Origin: Macrostomum hystrix
Taxonomy: Eukaryota; Animalia; Platyhelminthes
Assembly: GCA_950097015.1 (NCBI GenBank)
Contig: CATNEN010000002.1
Location: 3,100,001-3,164,000 of the forward strand
Direction of reading: 5' to 3'
DNA: 64,000 bases
Position numbers and translations under genes: made by a program. The notes beneath the pieces are model-generated. The model was not told the origin of the DNA, ran no database searches, and saw only the letters and a program-made list of their open reading frames with translations. Shown here piece by piece: positions 25,801 through 37,800 of this stretch. How positions within the stretch are numbered: position 1 is the first letter of the stretch; each line of letters starts with the position of its first letter.

Positions 25801-27700
25801 TACTGTAGTCCCTATTTAGTTGAGTTGGTGCACAGTTGGCATCAGTTGGTTTCTCCTACTGTAGTCCCTATTTAGTTGAGTTGGTGCACAGTTGGCATCA
25901 GTTGGTTTCTCCTACTGTAGTCCCTATTTAGTTGAGTTGGTGCACAGTTGGCATCAGTTGGTTTCTCTACTGTAGTCCCTATTTAGTTGAGTTGGTGCAC
26001 AGTTGGCATCAGTTGGTTTCTCCTACTGTAGTCCCTATTTAGTTGAGTTGGTGCACAGTTGGCACCAGTTGGTTTCTCCTACTGTAGTCCCTATTTAGTT
26101 GAGTTGGTGCACAGTTGGCATCAGTTGGTTTCTCCTACTGTAGTCCCTATTTAGTTGAGTTGGTGCACAGTTGGCATCAGTTGGTTTCTCCTACTGTAGT
26201 CCCTATTTAGTTGAGTTGGTGCACAGTTGGCATCAGTTGGTTTCTCCTACTGTAGTCCCTATTTAGTTGAGTTGGTGCACAGTTGGCATCAGTTGGTTTC
26301 TCCTACTGTAGTCCCTATTTAGTTGAGTTGGTGCACAGTTGGCATCAGTTGGTTTCTCCTACTGTAGTCCCTATTTAGTTGAGTTGGTGCACAGTTGGCA
26401 TCAGTTGGTTTCTCCTACTGTAGTCCCTATTTAGTTGAGTTGGTGCACAGTTGGCATCAGTTGGTTTCTCCTACTGTAGTCCCTATTTAGTTGAGTTGGT
26501 GCACAGTTGGCATCAGTTGGTTTCTCTACTGTAGTCCCTATTTAGTTGAGTTGGTGCACAGTTGGCATCAGTTGGTTTCTCCTACTGTAGTCCCTATTTA
26601 GTTGAGTTGGTGCACAGTTGGCATCAGTTGGTTTCTCCTACTGTAGTCCCTATTTAGTTGAGTTGGTGCACAGTTGGCACCAGTTGGTTTCTCCTACTGT
26701 AGTCCCTATTTAGTTGAGTTGGTGCACAGTTGGCATCAGTTGGTTTCTCCTACTGTAGTCCCTATTTAGTTGAGTTGGTGCACAGTTGGCATCAGTTGGT
26801 TTCTCCTACTGTAGTCCCTATTTAGTTGAGTTGGTGCACAGTTGGCATCAGTTGGTTTCTCCTACTGTAGTCCCTATTTAGTTGAGTTGGTGCACAGTTG
26901 GCATCAGTTGGTTTCTCCTACTGTAGTCCCTATTTAGTTGAGTTGGTGCACAGTTGGCATCAGTTGGTTTCTCCTACTGTAGTCCCTATTTAGTTGAGTT
27001 GGTGCACAGTTGGCATCAGTTGGTTTCTCCTACTGTAGTCCCTATTTAGTTGAGTTGGTGCACAGTTGGCATCAGTTGGTTTCTCTTACTGTAGTCCCTA
27101 TTTAGTTGAGTTGGTGCACAGTTGGCATCAGTTGGTTTCTCCTACTGTAGTCCCTATTTAGTTGAGTTGGTGCACAGTTGGCATCAGTTGGTTTCTCCTA
27201 CTGTAGTCCCTATTTAGTTGAGTTGGTGCACAGTTGGCATCAGTTGGTTTCTCTTACTGTAGTCCCTATTTAGTTGAGTTGGTGCACAGTTGGCATCAGT
27301 TGGTTTCTCCTACTGTAGTCCCTATTTAGTTGAGTTGGTGCACAGTTGGCATCAGTTGGTTTCTCCTACTGTAGTCCCTATTTAGTTGAGTTGGTGCACA
27401 GTTGGCATCAGTTGGTTTCTCCTACTGTAGTCCCTATTTAGTTGAGTTGGTGCACAGTTGGCATCAGTTGGTTTCTCCTACTGTAGTCCCTATTTAGTTG
27501 AGTTGGTGCACAGTTGGCATCAGTTGGTTTCTCTACTGTAGTCCCTATTTAGTTGAGTTGGTGCACAGTTGGCATCAGTTGGTTTCTCCTACTGTAGTCC
27601 CTATTTAGTTGAGTTGGTGCACAGTTGGCATCAGTTAGTTTCTCTACTGTAGTCCCTATTTAGTTGAATTGGTGCACTGTTGCCATCAGTTGGTTTCTCC
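22868..27700. repeat. 56-bp satellite array (TAGTTGAGTTGGTGCACAGTTGGCATCAGTTGGTTTCTCCTACTGTAGTCCCTATT), ~86 copies
   Basis: Highly homogeneous; three recurrent variants (CTTAC, 1-nt deletion, GGCACC); no unique spacers. Confidence 0.98.
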
Positions 27701-27783
27701 TTCAGTATTAGTTTGTTATTTTGACTTCAGTCAGTATAATTCTTTTTTTGGTACAATCAGTTTTCATTCCCTTTACATTTCAG

Positions 27784-28674
27784 TTGCGTCTTTTGGCATC
27801 CAAACCAGAGGCAGCATTGCCTCCTTCTGGGCAAAATGTTCCTTGTCCAGAATCACCATGTATTGTTGTGTTTAAGTCGGATGGTATTGATATTTTAGAG
27901 GCCTCTCGGCGCCTTTGTAGCTGCATTCGGAACCTAACTCGTAGTAATGTCCGTGTATATTCAGGCGCTGGTTATCGTCGATGCGGACGTGAAAAGGTTG
28001 CTGTTGTTCAGAATTTGAGTAGCTCATCAACTACTGTGTTTTTGCACGGAATCAGTGGGAACGCCACTGTAGATAATGATCATCGCCAGAATGGCTTCGA
28101 ATGGCTACAAAGTTTTGAAGACCAGCCTCGCCCTTTTAACCACGGACAGCTTAAATGGAAGCAGCATCTTTTGGCCACTTTTAGGTGGCTAATCATGGAA
28201 GGCGACCCAGGCACATTAAGAACTTTGTCTGCCCTTTCAAACGCTCTATCTACAACGCTGCGGCTGCGAATTCGTCGTCGTCGTAATCAATTAGTACTGC
28301 CAAGATCTGACCAGGCAAGTAATCACCAATCGGGACATGAACGTCACGATGAACTCATTGATTTGAATGAGGAGCTAGAGGACTCAGACAAAACAGCGAA
28401 TGGCCAGCAGGGCGCTGACAAGCCAGCGGATGGCCAGCAGGGCGCTGACAAGCCAGCGGATGGCCAGCAGGGCGCTGACAAGCCAGCCGATGACCAGCAG
28501 GGCGCTGACAAGCCAGCCGATGACCAGTATTTGGACACGGGAGAAACAAGCCACTCAGAAAATTGTCCGCCGGTGCCACGAAAGAGAGTACATGAAAGCA
28601 AGAAACGGCCTAAACTTTTAGGAACGGAAAAAGCCGGTCCTAATGTGTCCAAACGACAACTACGACGACGCTAA
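27784..28674 (+). CDS. orphan terminal exon or pseudo-exon, ~296 codons, with a 10-aa repeat (ADGQQGADKP) and basic tail
   Basis: Open frame after acceptor-like CCCTTTACATTTCAG at 27783; no early Met; upstream exon not identified. Confidence 0.45.
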   Translation: MRLLASKPEAALPPSGQNVPCPESPCIVVFKSDGIDILEASRRLCSCIRNLTRSNVRVYSGAGYRRCGREKVAVVQNLSSSSTTVFLHGISGNATVDNDHRQNGFEWLQSFEDQPRPFNHGQLKWKQHLLATFRWLIMEGDPGTLRTLSALSNALSTTLRLRIRRRRNQLVLPRSDQASNHQSGHERHDELIDLNEELEDSDKTANGQQGADKPADGQQGADKPADGQQGADKPADDQQGADKPADDQYLDTGETSHSENCPPVPRKRVHESKKRPKLLGTEKAGPNVSKRQLRRR

Positions 28675-29959
28675 TTTACGGTTTCGTGCTTGGCCTTAAT
28701 GCTTTGAGCTATAACTCCGTGAGTGTCAGCGACTTTTAATTTCGCTGACATTGTTATTATTCGGCTACAGCTACTTTAGTATTTTTGTCGAAGTACAATC
28801 TAAATATGTCGCAACAGGCAACCAAATAATATACTTATTCTGCTTCGTAACTCGTAAGTACAAAAAATGATTGCATCATTGCATCAAAACGCTGAACTGA
28901 TAACGCCATGTCACGCTGCCACCTAATTAATAAATTAAACTGTCATCGCCAGCAGTCGCTGAGCTGCCTGCCATAAATTAGTTTCGTCAATACCAAGTCA
29001 CACCATGTTGTGCACACAAAGTGTAATGTACAAAAAAGAAATTTTAGAGTAAAGTACAGCTTATTTTCGTTTTTTGGCGCTTTTCGTAATAGCAACTGCT
29101 ACTTCAAAAAGAGACAGCGGTCGAGCTGTATTAAACTATATTAAACTCAAAATTTCATTGGAAACTTTTTCAGTCAGTTAAATAATTTTGCGTTCTATTG
29201 AAGAATCAGCGTCTATTTTATGGTCGAATAGAGCTATATTTAGTTCACCGCTGACAAAGAAGCGTGCAATGTCGGACGCAGAAACCAGGTTCCAATCTGA
29301 AAGGAAAAAGAGGGTCACAAATAATCAAAAAAATTGAGCAGGTAAAATGGATTACAACACCATTGCAAACGAAACTATCCTGTAACTAGCAATCAACAGA
29401 CAAAAAATGCGCCAAGAATGAAGGCAAAGAAGTCGGTCATCTAGCATGATTTCGCAAAGCAAAATCAAAAGAAAACAAAAAGTTACCTGAACGACAAATA
29501 AAAAACGTACTTTCACACCAAACAGAGGATGATCACGACAGTGAACCCGACGTTACGTCATACTCGAACAACTCAAAAAACAATTGAAACCAAGTGTGCC
29601 AAATAGAACAAATATGAGCGAAATACTGAAACGAAAACAATGAGCTCTTTCTCACCAAATGGGGTTGCAGCCGACGTCATCTATAAAATGGTGCATTTTC
29701 GGCAAGTAGGTGTAATACTCATCAGAAAGTGTTAAAAACTTCATGCAGGCTGGGCAAAAGAACACATAGTAACACTAAAAAGGCATGAAATTGTAAATAA
29801 GCAGGGCATATAAACTTACCACACGCAGAGTACAATTCTTCCGCTCAAAAAGACATCAGCGCCAGAACAACAAACGAACGGCACACTGAAAAGGAGCATT
29901 ATGTTTGACACAGCAATGTAACGAAAACGAACCGAGGAAACACACAAGCAATGGCATAC

Positions 29960-30235
29960 CATGTAATTGCTGAGATTGACATGCTAAACCCATGCCAACC
30001 AAACCAATACCATTGCTTAGATCGGCATGCCAAACCTATGTCATTGCTTAGATGGACATGCCAAACCCATGCCAAACCTATGCCAAAGACATGCCAAACC
30101 TATGCCAAACCAATGCCATTGCTTACATGGGCATGCCAAACCTATGCCATTGCTTGGATGGACATGCCAAACCTATGCCATTGCTTGGATGGACATGCCA
30201 AACCCATGCCAAACCTATATCAAACCAATGCAAAA
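29960..30235. repeat. irregular minisatellite built on ATGCCAAACC / CCATTGCTTGGATGGAC
   Basis: Visible imperfect copies; periodic ORFs in three frames. Confidence 0.8.
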
Positions 30236-31425
30236 CATGTGTTTACTTAATACTGATTGGCATAAAAAGACTATAATCTTTCACCTTTAGGTAATTGGAC
30301 TTCTTCATATAAAATAAAGATTAAAGATAAAATAGGCCACATGAAGTAGCTATTATTTCTACTCAGCTAATAAATGAGAAGTCAAATGAAAAGTTTTATA
30401 TTTTATATTTATTTATAGGCCCTAGTCTATTATTAATGCTTAATATATAGCTATGTTTAATTTTGACTTGAATATTTAAATACCTTTTAATATAACTAGG
30501 CCTAGCTTGTTCATTAATCATTGGCATTGGATTATTTAAAAATTTAGATGATAAGTTCTAACTTTATATAGGCCAATGAAAAATACCTAGCTTTGTAGAT
30601 ATTCCTGTATAACTTTCTACTATATTATCTAGGCTACTTATTTTTAAGCAAAATAGGCAGAGGCCTAATATGATATAAGCCTAGTCTACCAAATCCAATA
30701 TTGGTGTGAAAATGGTACTAATGGTTCATAGTAATAATGATGTCAAATTATCTTTGAAAATCAAATTGACAGATTAAGGCTCATTAAATGAAAGAATAAA
30801 ATCAAATCAAAGTTTCCTATTCAAAAGGTTTAATGAAGCTGATGGAAATGGAATATGTGCATCAAGCCAAAAATATAGACATGGACAAATCTATATGCCA
30901 ATATATAGGACCTAGGCCTACTAAAAATAGCTATGTTAGAACCTAGAACATATAGCCTCTCATAGTCTCTATACCATTTCATTTACTGACTATAATGCCT
31001 TTACAAGTTGTCAAGCACTCAAAGTATAGAAACTAGCTAGGTCTAGACCAACTGAAGGAAAAAATAAAACAATCTTTCAAACTAGCTAGGCCTATCCCAT
31101 ATCCATAAGAGTCAGGACCACAGTTCACAGACCAGAGTCAACTTGTGTTTACTTTTTAATTAATTTTTATTTTGCCTACCATTATGCTACTTTCATGCTT
31201 TAGCTAGGCCTAAGTCAGGCTATTCCCTTAATTTCCCTTATTACCTTTAGCTTTTAATTTTAAATTAAATTCACAATAAACTTTGTACACTACAATTTAG
31301 AAAAAATCATTTTTAGCTAATGTGTTTCTGCAATTTGATTTGGAGCATGCCGCATGTTTTCAAGACTGCGCTATGCATTAGATTAAAATCGTTTTTCTCG
31401 ACGTTCGTCACATTGTTTGAGGACA

Positions 31426-31922
31426 AAAAATCAAGGGGCCATATTTCTAAAACTACATCTGGGGAATGGCTGAAATTTGATTTGCATGTGAAAACAACTA
31501 GTCTGTATCGTTTTATTTCGTTGGGGAATTAGCCGCATCCCTTTAAGTCTGTTGGGGAGGGCAAAAATGTTCCGGAATGCATGACTTTAAACTTTTAAAT
31601 AAGATTTCTATGTGGATTTAGAATCGATTTTAAAGAAACTCAACAGAAAGGAGCAAAACATCCTGCTCAATAAATTTTATATCTTGGGGAGCGTCTGGAA
31701 TGCATCTTATCGGCGGTATTTGCTAGCCCAATCTCAGCCCTGCGCCAGCCCACTCAAACAAAACTTTGAATGCTTGAGAATTTTTTTGTAGCAGGTTTTG
31801 GTGAAAGAAAACCCTTTGGGGAATCTTTTTGCATGCTAATCTTTCATTTTTTACACAAGCCGCGTCTGGGGACTGCGGTTAAAATTTTGACGCGGCTGCG
31901 ATGCGGCAGGCGACATGGAAGT
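31426..31922 (-). repeat. 497-bp inverted repeat, right arm
   Basis: Reverse complement of 21387-21883. Confidence 0.95.
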
Positions 31923-32714
31923 ACAAAAACCTGGTTTTTCAGCGCTCTAACCAGTAAGATTTTCTCGCACTTTTGTGCTACTTTACCACTTCCTTACCGT
32001 ATGTGCGTCAGAAGTTTTTCACTGTATGAAAGAATATTTGAAAAGAAATTGCATCGATGAAAGTCACCCTGCACCTTCCATTTTTTCAAAAATATGTGTA
32101 TTTGATACCCCTTTTTGCAGAGAGAGAGAATTAAAATGCAAAAAAATTAGCATATGTTTCAAAAGCTGTGAAACTGCTGACTTAAGCGCAAGAGACACTT
32201 GCTTCTGTTGATATATTAAAGGAAATTGCGTGGTTGCTGGTTTATGTGATGGTTGCTTGGGATTTCGTCAATGTTTGCCAGAGCCTTTATAAACTTTGAT
32301 GTTAGCTTTTCATTTCGATTTGGCTTTAACTATGCTTTGAACTGCACAGGATGCAGTGGCAGCTAGCTGGCATTTTTTAACCAAAATATTTTCATAACAG
32401 TATCAGATTTAGTTGCGGGACAGGATTGACGGAGAAGGTTTTCAATCCACATGCGCCTGCGTGTTGTTAGCTAACCAATATTGCAAGCTGCATGCGCGAA
32501 AAAATAGCAACGCACGATTAAAATAAATAAAAGTAAGAAATAAGGCTGAAGAGTCCTAGGCTAGTCCTTAAGTATAAACTATAGGTTATTAAAACGGTTG
32601 TCTTTCATCGATCGCGATGCTTCTTTCTCTCGAGAGTACCGACCTCATTTTCTTTTTTTAATCCTCGTTTGGAAAGAGTTCGCCAGCCTTTTCCATCAGT
32701 CGTGCGTCAGTTCA

Positions 32715-33556
32715 TCATTTGTGCAAGCTGGTCTGGTACACAGAAATCCTCAGTGAGCCACCGCAAATCTCACTGGAATTGCCTTTGCACGGCAGGCTGC
32801 ACTCTGACTCCGGTTTTGGATCGAAGGCTTTGAAGTTCTTATCGCAGTAGCACTCCATGTAGTTCTCCAAGCCAAAGTAGCGGAACTTGCCGTTCCGACA
32901 GAAGCTCATGCACATGGAGCGGTTCATGGCACCTAAGATACTTGTGTCCTTCGATAGGACTCGATTCGAGCTGTCGTCAGCGTAGCAGCCTAAATAAGCT
33001 GTGAGAAAAATTGTAAATTTAAGAAAAATTGAATTGTAACTTGTCTTTTTTATTTCTGAAGTTTTTCAGTTAAAAATAACTCACTGGCCCCAGGAAGATC
33101 GGTGAATGATGGGCGCCTAACGGTTGTGGCATAGGGGGTGCTTGTTGTTGCCACCGTCCAGGCTTCTGTGGTGGTCTCCTCGCGCTTGACCGACACAAGC
33201 CAAGTCTGACGTCCCGGACATCCGGTGGCGAGTCCAGCGGCTGACTTTCCGGCCAACAGCGAGGCCAGCCGGCTCGAGTCAAGAAGGCCGCAGCGGCCGT
33301 TCGAGTCATCGAAGTGGACCGCGGCGCAGGCCGTCTCGCTCGAGCCGGTGGTTTCAGCATCGGTAGCGCAGAGGCTCAGGCAGGAAACCAGGTGGCTTTG
33401 AACTGTCCAGCTCGACGCTGCCACCTCCGTGGTCGGACAGGTGCGCTGCAGCAGGTCGAACTCGACGCCAAGAATGGCTGCGGTGGCGGGTCTGTAGCCA
33501 AATGTACAGCCGACCAGGCAGAAGGCGAACAGCCTAAGCTTGCAGCGCAGAGACAT
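32715..33556 (-). CDS. secreted protein: signal peptide, PAN/Apple-like Cys module, Thr-rich linker, WSC domain
   Basis: Exons 33556-33085 and 32998-32715 (phase-1 GT-AG). WSC pattern YLGCYAD..R...C..FC....YFGLE...EC.C......EC..PC.GN..EICGG..RISVY; N-terminal SCLSLC...CAAVHFD...CGL. Confidence 0.85.
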
Positions 33557-33829
33557 TGCTAGACGGATTATCGACTGGAGGTTTAGCTGATTTCTCGACT
33601 TTAAAGGCATTATATATGATCCGAGTCGCGATCAAAGAGCCAATTGGGATTCTTAGCTGGTCATGATTGGACCAGAGAAAGGTCAAGCATTCAGCTTTCA
33701 ATTTTGTTTTGCTTTTTGACAACTCGCTAAGTGAGATTTAGGGACTAATAAATACTATTTTTCTTCTTCATTTTTCTTTCATACTCTCACCAGAGTATTT
33801 TGTAGTCCCTGGTGAGATCTCGGAGGGAG

Positions 33830-34200
33830 AAACAGAGTGGTAGAATCACAGTAGGAGAATCTCGGTGGAGAATAAATGTAGGATAATCTCGGTGAGAGAA
33901 TCACAGTAGGAGAATCTAGGTGGAAGAAAAACACTGGGAGAGTCTCGGTGGGAATGCCATGGTGAACGAACATCAGTGGGAGAATCTCGGTGGGAATGCC
34001 ACGGTGAAAGAATATTAGTGGGAGAAGAACAGTAGGAACTCGGTGGGAGAACTTCGATGAACCACGGTGAAAGAACTAACAGTTGAAGCTACTGTCTAAC
34101 AGTTGAAGCTACTGTCTAACAGTTGAAGCTACTGTCTAACAGTTGAAGCTACTGTCTAACAGTTGAAGCTACTGTCTAACAGTTGAAACTACTTGTCTAA
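33830..34200. repeat. two adjacent minisatellites (GGAGAATCTCGGTGG-like; 20-bp AACAGTTGAAGCTACTGTCT x6)
   Basis: Visible tandem copies in the divergent spacer between the WSC gene and ankyrin gene 1. Confidence 0.8.
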
Positions 34201-34845
34201 CTATCAGTTGCAGTATCTCAGTAGGAAAAGTACACCGAAAAAACTGCTGGAAGGCTCCTGAATAGAAAGTTCGGTTTCTGGATCATCGGATTGTAGAACA
34301 GTCTCACGAATGTGAAAACTGTAGTAGCAGCATTGAAAATTTATACGAGCGCATGAGAGCACGTTTCTCTGGGTTTACGGCATCTTTACACTGCAATCAA
34401 AATCAGTTGATCCCATGCGAAAAACTGTGCTTTCTATTTTTAGTAACCTTCATTTGAACATAAAGCAAATGTACACCATAAACGAGTCATTTGAAGGCAG
34501 TGAAAATTTAATCTCAGTTATTTAAAACCGCTATTCTACGAAATGCGTCCTTCAAAATGTACTGGGCTGCGTACAGTGAGGCTGAAGTTCCGTCTGGTTT
34601 ATGCAGTGCGCGTACCATAAAATGAACAATTTTGCTGTACGGAATATGCACAACTGTTCTATATAGACTCGCGGAGACAGAGAATCGGCTATTTTCGTGC
34701 CTCTTGCTCAGAGTGCTTCGGCTAGCTACCAAGCGTTTATAATCAAACACGCCAAATACACTGCAGCTTAAAAAACCAGTTGTTCCTTTCTATGAGTTAG
34801 TCAGACAGCCCAGGATTTGAGTAGCCATATTTCAACTCTGGCACA

Positions 34846-37800
34846 ATGTCTGCCAGCGAAATATCAAAAGCTAAACGAATTTTCTTTGTCTCGGTGCAAT
34901 CTGGAGACAGGGGCGCTGTGTACAAATACCTCTTATCGAATGGAGACCCGAACGCCACAGACAGCAACGGTAGAAACGGATTGCACATGGCTGCTCTTTG
35001 TGGCCACCACGACGTCTTCCAGACCTTGCTGAGCGCGGGTGCCGACCCAGAGCAGAGCGACAAGCAAGGCATCACTCCACTGATGTGCGCCAGTCAGAGA
35101 GGAAACGAGGCCACTGTCGATTCCCTGTTGGAAAAACAGGTGGATGTTTCTAAGAAAGAGAAAGGAAACAAGACAGCTGTGTTCTATGCCTTGTACAATA
35201 GACATCTTCGTATTGCCGAGAAGCTTGAGCAGCGGAATACCAGTATTCGAGCTCTCGGTGAAGAGCATGTTGCAAGCATATTTATGAAGGCTACAACAGA
35301 AAACTGGGTGGACGTTGCCCAGTTTCTCAAGGAGCAGGGCTGCAACATGACCCACAGCAGTCAGCAGCGAGTGGCATCTGAGGCAGGTCTTCGTGGGCAC
35401 ATTGAGGTTCTGAAGTGCTTCAATGTGCGATTCGACGAGAAAACATCGGATGGTCGAAGTCCGCTCCGAGGAGCAGTGCAGAATGGATTCGTTGAAGCCG
35501 TTAAGTACATGTTGGACAGTGGATGCGATGTCAGATGCAATGAAGAAATCACGCGAGTGGCCATTTTGAATGGTCACTTAGACGTCCTGAAGTTACTCCA
35601 AGAACGAGGAGCTCCTCTGTTCAAGAGAGATGAGGACGGCGACACGCCTGTGCAGCTCGCTATAATTTTTGGCTCGTTTGATCTTTTTAAATATCTAGTG
35701 GAGCAGAATGGCTCTCTGGAAGCAAGCAAGAGGCTAGGACCACTGTCTCACATAGCGGTTAGAGGCCAGAAGATTGAAATCTTGAAATACTTGACTGAGA
35801 GCACAGACTTCATTGACGAGGCCGACGAACGTACCGGAGAAACTTTACTTCTAGAAGCCTCTCAGAGAGGACCCATTGAGCTGGTGGAGCTACTGCTAGA
35901 CAAGGGATGTGATCCGAGTCACAGAAACTACAGAGGAGTGACTCCCGCCCTCAGGTCAGCGAGCTGCAAACTGGAAGAGATACTGATGCTACTAGCCGAA
36001 CGAGGAGCCGAGCTGAATTCGCCGAATCCCAACACGGGAGAAACTGCGATTCTGGCAGCGGCAAGAGTCAACTCCTTCGCAATGGTGAAATTCCTGGCAG
36101 ATTTTGGCTGCAGTCTAAATGCGAGGGATCTCAATGGAAACACACTGGCATTTTACGCAGCTCAGGCAAATAACAACGCTCTTCTGAAGCACCTAAAACT
36201 GAAAAATGTGCCCCTAGACGTGGCCGACATTTTTGACACGACTCCGCTGATGATTGCTGTCAAAAAAGGAGCACTTGATGCTGTGAAGTTTCTGACTAGC
36301 CAAAATTGTTGCGACATCAACCACCAAGACATATTAGGAAGCACGCCAATGCACCATGCTGTTGTGCTGGGTGATGCCGAAATTGTTCGACACCTAAAAG
36401 GTGCAGGTGCGGATTTGACTGCCGTTGACCGCGATGGAAACACACCCCTGCTAATCTGTCTGAAAGAAAAGAAACCACTTGATGTAGTAAAACTTTTGCT
36501 AGGGCGTGACGCTGATCTGCAAGCTACAAACAATAAATTGCAAAGTGTGCTGCACCTGGCATGCATGCAGCAAGAAAACGACGCCGCCCTGCTTCTGTTT
36601 GAGCTCGCGTCTGCCTCGGACGCGCAGGACTGCAACGGCTTCACTCCATTTATGGTGTGCGCCGCTCAGGGCAGCGAGTCCATGGCCATCGTCAGCAATG
36701 CGATCGGTGCGGATGTCAATCGGAGGAACTACTTGGGCGAAAACGCTGTTCACCTGGCAGCAAAGAGCGGCAACATGAAGATGGTGCAGTACTACTCTAT
36801 GTTTGGCTGTCACACTGACCAAGAAGACAAACTGGGAATCACTCCTCTGATGATTGCGTGCAGCAAAAACAATGCGCCGATGGTTGAGTTCCTAATCCGC
36901 AAAGGAGCTGATGTCAACTCTGTAACATACGATGGTAGGACCCCGTCTCACTTCGCTTGTGCCTCCGGATCGCTTGAGGTACTCAAGCAGCTTCACGAGA
37001 ATAAAGCTGAGCTGGACAGGCCGGACCTTAGCGGAGTCACTCCGATCCTTCTGGCTGCAGAGAAACAGAATGAATGCTTTCTTAAATTTCTATGCAACCA
37101 GAATTGTGATTTAAAGAGGACTGACAAGGCTTTGAGAACGGCGCTACACTTCGCAGTGCAAGGTGGCAACAAATCTGTGATCGGCTTTCTAGTTGACCAG
37201 AGCCTCGATCCGAACGCACTTGACGAATCAGGAACATCGCCAGTTCTGCTTAGCGTCAAGCTGAAATCGACATCGATTTTGAAGCTGCTCGAAAGCAAGG
37301 GACGCACTTTGATCGAAATATTTGACAGAAAATGCTGGAGTGCGGCTCATTTTGCCTGCCAGACTGGAAACCTTGAGCTGCTGAAAGAGGGCGCGAAACA
37401 ACTGTCACTGAGCAGCCTCACTGCCGAGAGACAGAACTGTCTCACAATTGCTTGCATGAATGCTCAGGAGGATGTTCTCAAGTTCCTGCTTCAGAGAAAA
37501 CCAAACATAAATTTCAAGAATTCAAATGGAGAAAATGCGCTCCACATAGCTGCACGGCAGTCTCACCTGAGCCTCATACCTTTGCTAATAAGCGCGGGAA
37601 TTCGGGTGCGTGAGACGGACAATGATGGCAACAATGTGCTGCACATCCTAGGCAACAAAATCAGCTCATCGCACCCGGACAGGGTTAAAAGAGAGAACGC
37701 CGGCAAAAAGGAGCAGATAGAGCGAGCAAAAATAGCGCTGTCTCAGAGGCCAGATGAAGACAGAATTCAAATCATGAAGCTCATCGAAAGCCAGGGAATT

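Noticed and set aside
22868-27700. CRISPR-like appearance of the long arrays
   Set aside because: No unique spacers, no cas genes, eukaryotic context.
29696-29725. Hammerhead-like CTGATGAG...CGAAA on the minus strand; also GAAAC..CTGATG in the 56-bp unit
   Set aside because: No stem II pairing adjacent to GAAA here; the satellite unit has CTGATGC, lacking the conserved A.
29250-29950. Possible minus-strand exons (donor-like GTAAGT at ~29818 and GTAACT at ~29488) encoding hydrophobic peptides
   Set aside because: No consistent frame or recognisable domain could be assembled.
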